Source: Hydrolagus affinis | Taxonomy: Eukaryota | NCBI GenBank assembly: GCA_012026655.1 | Contig: JAAILG010000286.1 | Coordinates: 1-64,000 of the forward strand | DNA length: 64,000 bases | Direction: 5' to 3' | Notes under the pieces: generated by a model | Database searches by the model: none | What the model was told of the DNA's origin: nothing | Seen by the model: the letters and a program-made list of their open reading frames with translations, nothing else | Program-made: the position numbers and the translations under genes | In this document: positions 40,821 through 52,600 of the stretch, in pieces | Layout: each line of letters starts with the position of its first letter | Position numbering within the stretch: the stretch's first letter is position 1

Positions 40821-41152
40821 TTAAAGGTGGCAAGTGGGGGGGGGGGGGGGGGGGTTAAAAAAAAATTAAAAATATTTTTTTTCATGTCAAAGTGTACTTT
40901 GAACTGTATACTTTCAGAAACAAACTGTTTCGATTGGTGAAATAAACTCATTTCCAAAGAAATATAGGGTAAAAAGAATAAAGAATTCAACAATAAAACT
41001 GATTTCACAGGTTCACATTCCCTATATTTCTTTGGAAATAAGTTTATTTCACCAATCGAAACTGTTTATTTCTGAAAGCATTCAGTTCAAAGTACACTTT
41101 GACATGAAGAAAAATATATTTAAAAATTTTTTTACCCCACTTGTCACCTTAA
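40821..41152. mobile_element. Fold-back MITE (Kolobok/T2-like non-autonomous DNA transposon) with long terminal inverted repeats
   Basis: Arms at about 40818-40969 and 41020-41155 are reverse complements. The core 40881-40969 vs 41020-41108 has 5 mismatches in 89 nt, with a 50-nt spacer. Ends read TTAA-AGGTGGCAAG ... CTTGTCACC-TTAA. Confidence 0.75.
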
Positions 41153-41740
41153 GAGGTGAATAAAGGTCATGGGGGAAGATCCTGGATAAAAAAATAATTC
41201 AAATGACTTATGGCGAATTTTGAAAACTCCCTGCGGGGTTTTTCTTTAAAAAAAGGAATGAGACAACAAGTCTGCAGATTGGTAACCCAAATATATATAT
41301 TATTATTTGTGCGGGCGGGTGGGTGGGGAGAGATACACACACACTAGTATTTGCCTCCCATAAGTTGGGAGTCATCTTGACTGTTTTTGCGACAACGTGG
41401 TGTGGAGCGATTGCTTTATCTGTCCTGGGCACAGGTTGCAGTCTGGAGCTTTCATTGGAAGGCGGAGGCTCTCGGAGTCCCCACCCCAGCTAGAGTGGTT
41501 GCTATGGGAAGGAGGCACTGTTACTCCCTTGCCTTGTCTTGCCTTTCCCTTTGCCTGTCTGCCCTGCCCTGCGCTGGAGGATGGATGCGGTAACTAGCGT
41601 CTGACACCAACGCACTGACTCGGCTCTTTCATGGACATCACTTACCTGTCCCTCAGACCTCCACCCCCACGTTGACCGGACCCATCAAGAGCGTTAAAAA
41701 AAAGAGAGAGAAAAAAACGACAGAGAGAAAGAAAGCGAGA

Positions 41741-44700
41741 ATGGCAAACAATGACAAGTCAGCAGCTGTAAGTCTAACTAACTAACTAACTAACTAACCA
41801 TTTCATTACTTTCCCCCCAATATGATCCATTCAGTCGATCAAATCAAGTTTACAAACACAGGTCGAATAATATTATTAATATTATTATCATGTATTGCCT
41901 TGATTATTTCCGAACTGGTTTAAATATCATTAGTTATCGAGCCATTAGTGTTGGGTGTTTTTTTTGCGCGAATAGATGAATAAAACTCTTGATCAACCAT
42001 AGCTTAAAAGTTCAGAGATGCCTGGTTGGCACGATGCGTGAGATTGCAATCGGAGTTTCAACATTGTGGAGTCCTGGTCACTAAATTACTTGTTCCATTG
42101 TGACTGAAACCTTCATGTATTATTGTATTCATTGCTCTTTTTTTTACACACACACACACACACACACGCGTGTCAGGTCTCATTTCAACTTCAAAGCGGT
42201 CCAATAAGATCTGCGGGTTGATTTCACATCAAAGTAACTTTTCAATACAGAATATGAATCTGAGGTAGGGAAATATATGTCCCCCCCCCCCCCCCCCCAT
42301 CCCCCATCATTTTCAAAAGAACAAAACTCGTTTGAAGGCAGATTTTAAGTCGTTTTTCCCCCGATTTCCATGCTTTTTCTTCGTCCTAGAGTGACACGTT
42401 GCAAATTCCTTTAATAATCCTGGTGGGAATTATTTGACCAGTGTCGCTGTGTTACACATTGCATATATAATTATACATGCAAACAGGTTTGGAAACAAAC
42501 AGACCCTCGAATCCCTTCAGTTTCACAACTCCTTATCAAATAATAATCTGAATTAATGAGTTGGGTGGGAGGGAAATGCGCTCGTAAAGGAACTCGATGA
42601 CTTCTCTGCGTCCACATTAATTTTTTTACGTTTAATGTCACAGGTTCGGCCCTTTATCGGCGAGATCAGAAACGGACTGAAACCATCGATGAAAATAACT
42701 ATTATTGGGATAGTTCACTCACAGCCCAAAAGGTAAGAGTTGGGACCATCCTCTCACGTACTGTATAAGGTTTTGAGGTTGAAGGTGTCGGTTCTGATCA
42801 CACCTGTGTGTTGTCACCTTTGCTGTCTGTCTGTCTGTATCTGTCTGTCATTCGCACGGTGGGTTGTATCAGTTTAACAGGAGTGATCATCACAGTGTTA
42901 AATTTGCCTTGCAAGGTCCAGAAACCGACAGATCTTGATGGGAGGGCTGGGGGAGGGGGGGGGGAGGGGCAGCTTAGAGATCAAATGATTTAACTCGTAA
43001 TAAAAAATGTAAAGATTAAACAAACATCAAATATGCTCAATCAGGACAGTAAACAAAGTACTCACAGCCTTTGCCTGCAGTTAGGGACCAGTCACAATTG
43101 TCATTGTTTTCACAAGAGTATATATATGCATACAATAAGTTGTACTGTTGACAAAAAAAGCATGAATTTAGATTTGGAAAAATTACCGATGCCTGTGAGT
43201 GTAAACCTTTTTCTGAGTATGTTAATGTGAATATGGATTTCAAGCGCCCGCTCTAGCGTATGGCTACTTTCCCTTGTGAAAAGGAGTTTGGGATGGTCCC
43301 TTTAATGGGCTGTTTGATCTGTGACTTGGAAAACATCAGTTTCAAGGAGAGTTGGCGTTTTGAGCCTCACCCCACATATGAGGTGAGGCTCAAACGTGTG
43401 TGGTATCACATGGAGTAATACCACAGGTCACCATGGGCTGGCAGAAACCAGGTAAGAATGTTCACAGGGCAACTGGGACATCAAGGAGATTGGATACAGC
43501 AAAACAGGAGAACATACATAAACAGAGAAAATGCTTTGAGTTTCGGTCCATTCCATGACAAATTATATCTGAATTTTTTACAAGCAAACCAGAAGGAGAA
43601 TCAGCTTGGGATAAAATAGTAATGTCCCTACATTTAATAATAATAAGAAGAAGATGAATCCTTGCATTTGATATAGCGCTTTGCACGTCTTCTAGACAAA
43701 GTAATGGTGAACTTGGGTAAAGCAAGGCGAGGGGAGTGGAAGGTTGCCAGAGCCCTTGGAAATGAATAGGCGAGTGAGTGAGGTGGGAAAACATGTAACA
43801 AACAATAACAACAACCTGGATTTATATAGTGCCCTCTGCTCAGATGGCGTCTCAGAGCAATTCCACAATAATGGATCCTGGGGCCAAGCCGGGGGGGGTG
43901 GGGGGTGGAAAAAGGTGACCAAAAGCGTGGTTGAAAAGAAAGGTCTTTAGGCGTGACCTGAAAATAGGAAAGGAGGGGAAGAGGCAAAGGGAATGAGGAA
44001 GGGATTTCCAGAGCCTCGGGGTGTAGTGGCTGAAGGCACGGCCGTCAACGGTGGAATGGAAGATTTTGGGGAAAAGGAGGAGGCCAGACCCGGTAGAGTA
44101 AAGGCAAGGACTGGGTTAATCAGGAAGCAAGATTTGGTTCGAGTGAGAATGCGGGGGGCGGAATTTTGGATAACATGGATTTTGTGAATGGTGGCAGAAG
44201 GGGAGACCGGCATTGGAATAGTCCAGCCGAGAGGTGACAAAGGCATGGATCAAGGTTTCGGTCAAAAAACAAAAAAACCATTGGTGAGAGAAAGAGGAAC
44301 CAGCCACTGAGCCAATCTTGCAGAGATCTTTCATCAACATTGATGGAGGGCATTCCCTAGGCAAATGTGCTGATGCGAGATGGAAAGGGGAAGAAAACAG
44401 TGGAAAATCCTGAGTAAAACAACACTTGTGCCCTTTACTGCTATGTCGGTTCAGCTGCAGCTCAGCAAACATAAACAAATTGAACCGTGACACTCAAAGG
44501 CTTTGCTCATCAAGCATTTTTGCTGGGACTCATTATCCTCGATTTTTGGAACCACTAAACGTTGCCCCTCTGCAATGAAAGGCATCTGCCCCATAATGTC
44601 ACACAACATTCACAAACTCACAGAAGTCTGGGATTACAAGATTTTAGTTTAATAGAACACGAGTTAGAGAAAAATAAGTAGTAAATATTATATGGAACTA

Positions 44701-46990
44701 GATACCTGCTGTTGTAAGGAACCTGTAGTTGCCAGATACATTTGATCTCCCCTACATTGCTCCATTCTGAAGGGATGACATGTGTAATGGGAAGACGACA
44801 ATTGAATCTTCTGGTAATATAAGAGTCAATAATCTCAGAAATTAGCTTGTTAGCTCATTGATCAATTTGATGCAGGTGGAGATTGTCAGCGGACATCTTA
44901 ATAAGTAAACAGAATTGAAAGATTGTTTCAAGATTTGCTGGGTACTAAAGTGAAAACTTCATTCAGCTGACAAGTTTGAGAATGGAACATCTCGACGTGG
45001 GGGAAGGGAAAGGAGAAGTTGTTTGCCATTCACAATTCTGCATCTGTCAATCTTTCATGCTGAAAATAATAATGTACTTAAACATAAGAGAGGGTTCATA
45101 ATGTGAAGACGGATTTCCTGGCACAACGACATTCCAATATCTCCAGCATCAGTGGATCACTAGGTAGAAATCAGGAACAGGAAACCTGGTTGATTCCCCC
45201 ACCCCATTCAAATTCCCTAGGCCACGGATACTGAGGGCAATTGTTGTGGTATCACGGTGGCCTTGATGAGATCAACTACACTGAGCACATACCAGACATT
45301 AAAGCTTGGGCTTTCATGGTCTATATTCATTATTATCACACTTTGCCCTGAATTCATCCTGTGAACTGTTGTCTGTTACAGAGGTCATTAGCAAATCTCT
45401 TGTTTATCTGTTTCCCAGTACAGCATATCAGTAGGTTCATAGCACCAAAAGTTCATGCTAACCATGAAATCTGTGATCAATGCACCAATGATTAAAATGC
45501 AGACATTTGGAGAGTCGTATTTGCGTCAAACAAATCCTCCGTTATTGATAATGAATCTAAAAAAGAAAGTTAGGAAAGGAGAGAAAAAAAAATCAGAGTT
45601 CTTCATCTTTCTACAGTGATCTTATTGTTGGTGTTGATGTGTTAGAAATTCAGCTTCATGTCTCATTCCTATGATAAAATAGGCGGCCAGACGTCACTGT
45701 GATAGAGAAATTCGGGAACAAAAAAAGGTTTGGGGTCCAATCACTTCTATGAGAGAAAAGTGAATTTCAGTAATTTTGTTCTGGCTCCAAGTAATTTCCG
45801 ATTGTACAAAATATCTGCACTGAGGCTTATATGCTGGACTCCCAGGTCAAGATAGTTCTAAAATAGAAGAAACAAACAGCTGAATATCATCAGATCAAGT
45901 TGGGATTTTTCAGTTTTGCTTCATCAATCCCCAATTTATCTTTATTGCTTCATCACACTTCTCATCTCCCACTGAATTCCAACATTGCACCCTTCCCCCT
46001 CAGCTCTCAATACATGCAGTAATAATAATAATTCTTCCATTTTGATTTAACGCTTTTCACATCTTCTAGACATCTCAAACCGTGTCACAGAATATATTGT
46101 AAAGTAGATTGACTGCATATTTATGGGTGAAACCTAGCAGCCAATTGCGCAAAGCAATGTCCCACAAACAGTCGTGGATTGAAATGATCAATTTATTCTT
46201 GTTTTTTTTGTAGGGATTATTATTATTCTAATACCATAATCTGCTTTTTTCCCACAGTTTTGTTGTAAGTCTCATCAGTAACTCTTCAGACCCAGACACC
46301 GACATTGGCCTTCAGTTGACCGCTAGCTTTCAGGATCGCACTGTTATACGAAATGCCAAGGTTTCTGGCATATGGGGAAAAGAAGAAAGAATTTTATCTT
46401 ATTTTCCATTCGCACCTTCACAGGACTTTAAGGTGAGTTGAAAACTTTCATCAGTTCAAACCGAGCATGACCGATTGATGAAATAATAATCCTGATATTT
46501 GATACAGTGCTTTATCATGTCATCAAGATCTCTCAGGGCAATTCACAAGATATACTGTGGTGTGACTTTGTGTATTTTGTGGGCGAATGTGCCGCTTAAT
46601 TTGTGCTCAGCAATGTCCCCCAACGATATATTGAAGTAAGATGAATTTTTCATTTATATCAGACTCTTTCGCAACTGATTATTCCCAGCAATGAACCTTG
46701 GTGTAAAAACGAAGACCGCTGGTAAATTTATTTGCTTCTTAACTTTATACAGTGAACGCACTTAATGCTGCTCCAACCAGATCTGGAGTCTGACTGAATT
46801 CTGTGATAGGGCGTTCAATTTGTAACAACTGAAATGTTGCTTTCAGATGGAAATCCTGTGTGAACACCAGCAGTTCCGGGTCCAGGTTGACGGGCAGCAA
46901 GTATTTGATTTTACACATCGTATAAAGCAACTTCCAAAACTAACCTCTTTAAAAATCGTAGGCGATGTTTGCCTGACTAAAGTGGTTTGA
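41741..46990 (+). CDS. Galectin-related protein (LGALSL/GRP-like paralog), single galectin CRD, 144 aa, 4 coding exons
   Basis: Exons 41741-41767, 42644-42732, 46258-46432, 46847-46990 (435 nt, GT-AG, phases 0/2/0). Protein: MANNDKSAA-VRPFIGEIRNGLKPSMKITIIGIVHSQPKS-FVVSLISNSSDPDTDIGLQLTASFQDRTVIRNAKVSGIWGKEERILSYFPFAPSQDFK-MEILCEHQQFRVQVDGQQVFDFTHRIKQLPKLTSLKIVGDVCLTKVV. It is collinear with human LGALSL ([45 protein letters not shown]). Exon 1 is the least certain assignment. Confidence 0.9.
41774..41797 (+). repeat. (CTAA)6 microsatellite immediately after the exon-1 donor of the galectin-like gene
   Basis: gtaagt-ctaactaactaactaactaactaa-cc. Confidence 0.95.
43797..44262 (-). mobile_element. 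L2-clade LINE fragment in intron 2 of the galectin-like gene
   Basis: ORF2 motifs ETLIHAFVTSRLDYSNA and IQNSAPRILTRTK, plus the 3' tail with (TTG)n. Confidence 0.85.
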
Positions 46991-47949
46991 TGCTGAAAAC
47001 AAAAACATGAACACAAGGACGGGGTGATTTTTTTTCACAACCATTTATAAATTTTTGTATAAAAAAACCTAGAGCTCCTTTGTCTTGTACCAAAACGACA
47101 AACAACCAGCCTTCAAAGCAACACAATTTCCTGAACATCTTCAATAGTTGGGCCTTGAAAAAGTATATTTTTCCTATTTATTTTATGGGATTCAACGAGA
47201 AGGATTTGTTGTGGAAGGTTCCATGCATTGTCAATTGTTCCAAATTAAATTTTAAAATGCATAAATAATATAGACTAAATTGTAATTCTTTTGCAATTAA
47301 ACATTCCTGAAGTTCCAACTACCTGTTGTTCTGGATTTGATTCCAATTGTTGACTTTGCGCTGCATTAGATTAGGTACCAACAGTCAGAATCACCTGTAA
47401 AGCTTACCATTGCTTATGTATTGAATAAATAAGGCTAGCACAAACTCTAAATGAGACCCCACCTGTGAGCAATTTGCTCTGAAATAAGTTAGGCAATATT
47501 TATATTTCAGCAAAAAGGCAAAGGCAGTGACCTTTAATGTGTCAATGTCAAGATATCCCCATGATTTATTCCATTGTGAACAATCGAGTTTATCGAAAGT
47601 TTCAATGGACCTTAGCAGAATCTCAGTAACACTTTGCATCAGCAGATTTGGCTTCCCTCTTGTGGATATCTTGCACAAGTTTAAATAGTCTGTAAACACT
47701 CAGTGTGTGGGCTGACAGCAGAGTGAACAGCTAACTGTTAGGAAGTAAAATTATCTACTGTTCAGGCCTCAAATGGTATGGGGCTATGGGGAGTTCAGAA
47801 ATGAAGGAACAAGAGGGAAAAACACATAAAACAATGCAGTTAGTTCTCACTGTAGATTGAATTGTGGGATTAATGCATTTACTCACGCCAGGCTTTTCGG
47901 CTGGACAAAGGTAATTTGCAAACACACATGCTGCCACACCTACAACACA

Positions 47950-48045
47950 AAGTGGTTAGAGCTTCGCCTCACAAACGAGAGACCTGGGTTTGATTCCCAG
48001 CAGGGCAAAACGTTGGTAAATTTCCTTACTCCACAGTCACTGTTT
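47950..48045 (+). mobile_element. tRNA-derived SINE 5' head fragment
   Basis: agtggttagagcttcgcctcacaaacgagagacctgggtttgattcccagcagggcaaaac matches the head of the 49169 copy. Confidence 0.65.
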
Positions 48046-48625
48046 TCATGGACGTCTTGTGTCTACTGGGTGATGGATAGACGCATTCCAGTAGGGGGCA
48101 CTGCAATAATCAAGACAGGAATCCTCACACTGGCTCATTTTTCTCTCCCTATCAAAAAGAACAGAGGCCAATTGCAGCATTCCTCCTTGTACCTCAGCAT
48201 AAATAACAAATTACATTGAATTAGCGTCCCTCACGCACAGACATGGACTCAAATTGAAAACAGGAAAAGTGCAAGAAGAGCTTTTTTAAAAAATCAATCT
48301 GCGCTTCACCTTATTTAATAGTTACTTAGGGATAACTCGTAAAAAAAACTTTTGATCACACTCATATTTCCAGACCAACAGTGTTGCAATGTCTCTCAGA
48401 CTCTCCCGATTAAGCACACCGAGATGTTACCCTGCATGGACGGGTGCTACATAAGTGCAAGTTGTTGTAATGTCACCAGAGAGGTCTATTTGATCTCATC
48501 CTTTCAGAATACAGAGCCAACTGCCTTCCCATTACAGCAACAAGTTATTTATAAAGTTAGCGGAACATTTTACAATTGAATCAGAAACCAAGTACGAGAA
48601 AGGGTTTTTTCATTGATTGTACATT

Positions 48626-48631
48626 TTTATT
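48626..48631 (-). terminator. Candidate PLEK2 polyadenylation signal (AATAAA)
   Basis: TTTATT on the + strand about 1 kb downstream of the PLEK2 stop, at the end of an AT-rich 3'UTR-like stretch. Confidence 0.4.
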
Positions 48632-49168
48632 CATATCAAAAGATATATAAAATCAAAACCATTTAAAATTAGCGCTGATATATCTAGAAAAATAAAATAT
48701 ATAAATAATTCAAAAATAAATACAATATACAACAAAGCAGAGTTCACTGTGCTTTGTGCTGTACAAATGCTATACAAATTATTCCTGATGACAATGGGAG
48801 TTGAGCTGTCTCACCTCACCACCCGACCCCCACCAAACCCAGAAAGCCAAACCTTCATATGTGGCTGAAACACCAAGAGATTGAATTTAAAAAAAATCTA
48901 ATTTGGTGCTCAACACTTGCAGCCAAGGTTAGTAAGAAGGTGAAAATAATGTTATAGGTAGGGAGTAAGTTAATACGTTTAATTTTGAGTTACAGTATTT
49001 TGTTTTGTATGTATTTTAGTGCTACAGTATTAAATCAATCCTTGCATTTGAGTAGCTTTAATACTGTAATTAGTATTTTATTCAGGGTGACAGTGTGTGA
49101 GGTGAAAATGTTTACAACAGATCAACTCAGACCTGAGTTGTGTAGACTTGCCAGAATTTTAAGGACAT

Positions 49169-49479
49169 GGAGTCCTGTAGTTCAGTGATTAGAGCACTTG
49201 CCATGCAAGCAAGAGACGTGGGTTCGATTCTAGGCAGGGCAAAACCTTGGGCAAGTTTTGTAACTCCACACATTGATAATAACGTCTCAAAAAACAATAA
49301 CAAAAAAATTGTTCATCTCAATCCTTGACTGTTTGTGGTACACTGCTGTGTGTGATTGACTGTTGCGTTTCACCCACAAAATATACAGTCAATTCACTTT
49401 ACAGTATAATCTGTGAAGCGCTTTGAGATGTCTACAAGACACAAAAAGCGCTATGTCAAATGCAAGGATTATTATTATT
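49169..49479 (+). mobile_element. Near full-length tRNA-derived SINE with DeuSINE-type body and L2-like tail, antisense within the probable PLEK2 3'UTR
   Basis: A-box-like TAGTTCAGTGATTAG, B-box GGTTCGATTC (49221-49230), body ctgtttgtggtacactgctgtg..cagtcaattcactttacagt, tail gcgctttgaga..gcgctatgtcaaatgcaagg(att)n. Confidence 0.8.
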
Positions 49480-49645
49480 GTTGATAACATTCCTTGTTGT
49501 ATATTACATTGTCCACAAATGCAAAGTGAGTTATAAGCAAATCCTTGCTTTGGAAATGATATTTTGCAATGAAATAGATACACTTTTGGAATGTCTTTCA
49601 TTTGTTCTCTTCAGTCTTTTCACCTCCTGTTTTGTTTGAGAGGGT

Positions 49646-52600
49646 TTATGTAAACTGTTTAATTGCCTTGATCCATGCTGACCTTTCAGCAGGGGAGCCA
49701 GTTTGGATGTAATAATGGACGTCATTGATGGTGATGATCTTGAAGAGATTGCCTTGAACATTTCCCTTAATTCCTGCAAGATTGAAAGGCAAATAATGAA
49801 CGTTCATGTTAATCATATTTTAAAAAATGTGTGCCTGGCTTAAGAAAAACAAAACTATCTCCTCTTCCCTCCGTTGTGACACAAGCCACAGCACACAAGG
49901 AATTTAGAAAGCCAAAGAAGGCAACAAAAGCACTTTTCAAAATGATTTACCTACAGGTGACTGCACAGTTGACTTGATAGATGTTTGATTTATATTGAAC
50001 TGCACAGATACCCAATGTGCTTTAAACGTTTAAAGATACCAGTTGGATCATTAGTGTAATTATCTCATTCTGTCTCACCTGGTGCAATTCCATTGTCTTC
50101 CATAGCAGAAATTAAACAGCCTCGGAGAGCAAATCCACCAGCGGCATGGTCTTCCTTTTCCTACACATAGAAAACAGGAATTTGAAGTCAGCCGTTCAGA
50201 GGTTTGAGGTTTTTCAGTAAAGTTTCAAACTTCACATGTGTGAAAAACAACATGCAGAAATTAAACTGCTAGTCCCAACCCTTGAAAGATATGGATTCAT
50301 TCCTAGTTTAAAATCCGAGTGTACAGTCGGCATTCGTATGATCTGATAATCTGTCCAGGAATTGCTTGCTGCGGAATTTGAATTGAAAACTATGGTCAGA
50401 TATTGTACAATGTGTTTAAACTAATTGGGCAAGTTTATGGAGATTACGTTTACGCTCAGGTTACAGTGTGAGCCATTTATTGGTTATGTTTCATTTTATT
50501 CTTAATTAGAAACATGCTTTCAAGGTGTTTCATGTATGTGCTCCTGAGAGCTGAATTGGCTCCAAGCTGTCATGGGTGTCAAACACCCGGATGATCAACA
50601 AAAATATTCAATATAGGAGCCGGGGAAATAAAAAATCTGATTGATTTAGCGAGGGAACCTTTTCCTCATTCAAGTTACTTGTCTCGCTCTTCACCTATCA
50701 CTGAGCACACAGTGGGTGAGAAGAGGTGAGTGCTACCCAGTGACAGCTCTGAGCTAGCTAGCTAGGCCTCTCACCAGAGTAATAGAGGCCAGATCATAGA
50801 ATTGTAGTTATACAGCAGAGATGGAGGCCCAACATGTCTACACTGGCTCTTTGAAAAGTGCCGTCCAAATCACTCCCACTGCCCCACTCTCTCCCCATAG
50901 GCCTGCAAACTCCACAAATAATTATCAGTAAACCTAATCAGTCTGAATGTCCTCAAGAACTTGTGTCCTATTGTGTGACTCCCTAGTTGTTTGGGGTCTG
51001 AGACGCGCTCTGAGACGCCATCGATTATATAAATCAAAGTAGTTGTTGTTGTTGTTGGGGTGGGTGGGAGACACCCTTGTAGAGGAAGGAAGCGACATAT
51101 CCCTTATCAAGGAAAATTACAAAGATACATTATGGATCACTTACTTTGCAAGGATCATAGTAGTGCAGGTATGCAGGCTCTGCCCTCAGAACAAATTTTC
51201 GCACTTTCCAGTTTTTTCTGGCGTGTCCCTAAATACAATGCAATACGGAATGGTTTAGACATATACAGTTGAGTAGTAGAATTTATATAAAATATATAAA
51301 AAGTTGTATTAACAAATGAGCTTTACTAGCTCCAGGTAGAACAATTACACAGCAGGGTCAGAGGTGAGAATGGGGGAGACAGATTAACAGCCTTAAAAGC
51401 AGATTTCTGAGACAATAAATCAAGGTTTGGCAACACTGGAGACAACTCCAAAGCTGGAGGGAGTTTTATTGCAATCTAATTATTTCCAGTATGTTCATAT
51501 TTCCAAGGTAATGAATGGCTAAGAACATCTGTTAATTCAATGGGAGATCAAAGTACCTGCTTCATTAAATATCCTTGCTTCACAATTCTGCCACTCAGCT
51601 CTAAGGGGTTTATTTCTATGATGTCACTGGAGTTGTCAATTTTGTTCTTATTTTCAATCTGCAGGAGAAAATAAATGGGTTAAAGGAAAGGCTCACATCC
51701 AGCACTGGTACTGTAGGCAAAATAAGAACAGATCTGCGTTTTAGGCTTTTCCTCCACATGTGAAGTCAAAACCCGAGGCATTCATATCCACCACAGTGTG
51801 TAAAAAAAACACATTATAGGTCCTAAGTGGTACTGATCTGATCATTCGTTACTAAGTTATAATAGAATTAACTGCCCTGAGATATCCCCCCAGTTACAAG
51901 ATCAATAAATTACTTTCAATGATGGATTTTAAATAAGGACAGTAAACCAGATGAATAAACACTGACTGGCTGAGCACAGACAGCAAGCATACTTACGAAA
52001 CAATAAAGTACAGTTGAATCATCCATTAACTGCTCTCTGACTGGCATGCTGCGCACAAGTTTTGTGCTTTTTGGTCCCACTGGCGCGATGAGATTTTCTT
52101 CGACCAGGATGGCGGCTACCGTGACAGCGTCCAAACGGGATTGGGCAAAATTCCAGGATATCACCCAGTCCACCACTGATGAACCTTCAGAGATAAACAC
52201 ATGGGAAGCAGGAAAATAGTCAACTCCATATCAGAAAGAGCAAAATGGTAATGATAATTTCTTTCAATGGTATTGTATCAGCATTTCTGGCTTGACGGAA
52301 ATAAGTAATTACTGTTTTAAAAAAAAATCACATTCATTAGATTAAACACCATTTCCTCAATAGCTCAGAGATTGTATTAATTAAGCAACTGAGTCATACA
52401 GATCTGCAAGGCCCCAGAAGCCCACCCCATCTTTGCTGAATCAGTAGATCTCTAGAGGCTAGGGAGGGGTTAATCAACCAAAAGTTCTGCAACATCCTCT
52501 GGAAGATATTGTATGTGTCTATATGTGTTTGAAAGAAAACAACAGGCCAGTATAGGGTTGGGCTTGGCTGCAGTGCTCTTCATTCGATCAAATAGCAAAT

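Noticed and set aside
42251-42264. 14-nt micro-exon candidate (cag|AATATGAATCTGAG|gtaggg) in the galectin-like gene
   Set aside because: It breaks the frame between exon 1 (phase 0) and the next exon (phase 0), and I found no compensating exon.
49169-49240. tRNA gene
   Set aside because: A and B boxes are present, but there is no cloverleaf and it continues into a SINE body and tail; the same applies to 47950-48010 and 33490-33545.
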